Source: Chiloscyllium plagiosum (Eukaryota). From it: DNA of 48,843 nucleotides. The translations under genes and the position numbers were made by a program. This document shows, piece by piece, positions 46,747 to 48,843 of this stretch. Each line of letters opens with the position of its first letter. The stretch's first letter is position 1. The stretch lies in NCBI RefSeq assembly GCF_004010195.1, contig NC_057757.1, positions 1,654,939-1,703,781 on the forward strand. Direction: 5' to 3'. The notes beneath the pieces are model-generated. The model did not search any database, was not told the origin of the DNA, and saw only the letters and a program-made list of their open reading frames with translations.

Positions 46747-47590
46747 TGTTATAAAGGGGAGGTTGATCCCACCACCCCCTCCCCGCTGCCCCAAAGGGGA
46801 TCGTCTCATCCTATAATCTGTTAAAAGAAGTGCGAGAAGGAATGCAATCCATTTTTCTTTCAGCAACTTCTAGTAGTAAAATAAGACAAATTTCTTACAC
46901 TCACTTTAACATCAACACGTAACAAGTTATTTATCTAACTCTTAACAGTGTACAAATAAACTGAACTATTAACAAACAGAATGAATCCTTTCTAACTACT
47001 AACTATTTCCAAATACAGCCAGGTTCTCATGGTATACTGTTCCATACAAGTCTCACTTACACAAAATCAAATAGAATTTAGTCTCTCAAAAATTACAGCT
47101 AGGTTACATCTTCCAGAATGTTCTGTGCCTTCTTCCGTCAGATCCTCCTCCAGGAATGCCTCCTCAGATTCTTCTATCGGGAGCGCCTTCTCCCGTCATT
47201 TCTTTGATGTTGGTACTGTTATTATTAAGATGATACTTTCCTTAATACAAAGATGAATGTAAGAGCCAATTTCTCTCTATCTCTCCCTCTTGAGAGAGAC
47301 AGAGAGAGAGAGCTGAGAGCTGCTAACTCAGGCAGGATGGCAGTTAGCTCTGCCAATTGTTCAACTTCCCCTTTTCTTTTATACCCATGATGACCTATCA
47401 GTACGTTTATAATCAGATTGGTCCTATGTTGACAAAACTATCAGATTTAAATTTAATAACTTTTTTGGTAGCTATGGGCCTGATTTAAATTGACTGGCTA
47501 AATTTAAAACCTATTGTCTTGATAAAACTGCTGCTTGGCCTTTCGAAACAAATGCTTCAATTCGAACGCCCTGAATACTAGCAAACCCAG
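46747..47590 (-). mobile_element. Probable LTR (minus strand)
   Basis: TGTTATAA boundary; reverse complement shares GCCAGTCAATTTAAAT and CCAATC motifs with the LTR at 1147-2456. Confidence 0.4.
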
Positions 47591-47619
47591 GCTGCTGCCA
47601 GAGAAGGATCACTAGGTGG

Positions 47620-48160
47620 GTTCTAGAATTGAGGAGGGTGGCTTCTGAGGAGAGACTGAGTAGGCTGGGATTGCATTCAATTTAGAAGAATGGGGGGGGG
47701 GTTGGGGGGATCTTATAGAAATATATAAAATTATGAAGTGAATCGATAATTTAGAAGCACAGGCTCAAAATTAGGGGGAGCAGATTTCAGACTGAATTGA
47801 GAAGGAACTCCATCACCCAGAGCAGTGTGAATCTCTGGTATTCCCTGCCCAGTGGATAATTTAGAAGCATAGGCTCAAAATTAGGGGGAGCAGATTTCAG
47901 ACTGAATTGAGAAGGAACTCCATCACCCAGAGCATTGTGAATCTCTGGTATTCCCTGCCCAGTGAAGTAGTTGAGCTTCCTCCGTAAATGCTTCTAAAGC
48001 TCAGACAGGTAATTTTTTGTACTGTAAAGTAATTAAAGGTTATAGTAAAAGGGCAGGTAAGTGAAGCTGAGGCCATGAAAAGATCAGCCATGACCTTATT
48101 GAATAGCAGAGCAGGCTGGAAGGGCCAGATACCCTATTCCTGCTCCTATTTCTTATGACA
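47620..48160 (+). mobile_element. CR1 3' fragment with an internal 110-bp tandem duplication
   Basis: GDLIEIYKIMK and CR1 3' UTR; 47745-47854 versus 47855-47964 differ at 2 positions. Confidence 0.8.
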
Positions 48161-48274
48161 TTCATTTTAACACTAAGCACAGGAAAAAACACCATCTATT
48201 AAAGGGACCAGGTAATGCTTTCCCCATTTTACAATTTTACACACACTAACTTCCCAACATTCTGTATTCTGACT

Positions 48275-48520
48275 CATTTTGGGAGTTAAGGAAAACTCAA
48301 GCCAACATACAAAAACAGTTTTATTGGCCTGGACTGCATAAGGACGTGGTTGAATTTTGCCGGATATACATTTCATACATGTCAGGTAACTGGAAAACCT
48401 TAGGCAGTGATAAAACCAGAAACCTTAATACTTATTTCCGCATTTGAGGAACCATTTACCAGGGTCTTAATTGATTGCGTAAGACCCCTACCTGAAACAA
48501 AAAATGGGAATCAATAATAG
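48275..48520 (+). mobile_element. Gypsy integrase N-terminus (zinc finger), probably continuing the 44226 element
   Basis: H.GV.KT..IQKQFYWPGLHKDVVEFCR..HTCQ..GKP..FEEPFTRVLIDCV.PLP. Confidence 0.75.
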
Positions 48521-48529
48521 TTAGACTGA

Positions 48530-48843
48530 GAAACTTATCAGATGAAAAATCAGTCCTCAGCAGAGGCCTCACCTTCATTCCCCTACGCTCTCGGATCAAC
48601 AAGTTCAACACGCGGCGTGACATTGAACAATTCTTCCGCTGCCTTCGCCTCCGCGCCTACTTCTTCAACCAAGATTCTCGCCCACCCTCTGATGACCCCT
48701 TCTCCCACCTCCAACACACCCCATCCACCTGGACACCCCGTGCTGGCCTCTTACCCGCCCTCGATCTCTTCATAGCCAACTGCCGCCGCGACATTAACCG
48801 CCTCAACTCCTCCCCCCCTCTCACCCACTCCAACCTCACCCCC
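48530..48843 (+). mobile_element. Penelope-like ORF N-terminal region, running off the window end
   Basis: RRDIEQFFRCLRLRAYFF..STWTP..LDLFIANCRRDI..SNL, typical of the pre-RT region of Penelope elements. Confidence 0.7.

Overview
Repeat-dense vertebrate genomic DNA, not prokaryotic. The HE1/V-SINE, CR1 and Penelope content points to an elasmobranch (shark) genome, which is an inference. There are three N-gaps. Among the repeats, on the + strand, are small GT-AG exons of a disabled MUC3/MUC12/MUC17-type transmembrane mucin (EGF-SEA-EGF-TM-cytoplasmic tail) that the ORF track misses. Its SEA/EGF block occurs twice (about 6.45-14.0 kb and 19.8-26.4 kb). Copy 1 keeps the TM exon; copy 2 has deleted it but is followed by the tail exons. 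Both copies share one in-frame TGA, and one tract of about 320 bp is nearly identical between them. A probable signal-peptide exon of another gene lies at 40765-40822. Mobile DNA comprises Gmr1-type (integrase before RT) Gypsy LTR remnants, CR1, L1/Tx1 and Rex1-like LINE fragments, six V-SINEs, and many Penelope-like pieces. Penelope termini carry minimal hammerhead-ribozyme motifs, and three short fold-back Penelope derivatives have 14-16 bp target-site duplications. A 61-bp G-rich minisatellite is built from Penelope coding sequence. No intact protein-coding gene can be supported. All coordinates were read by eye and repeat boundaries are approximate.
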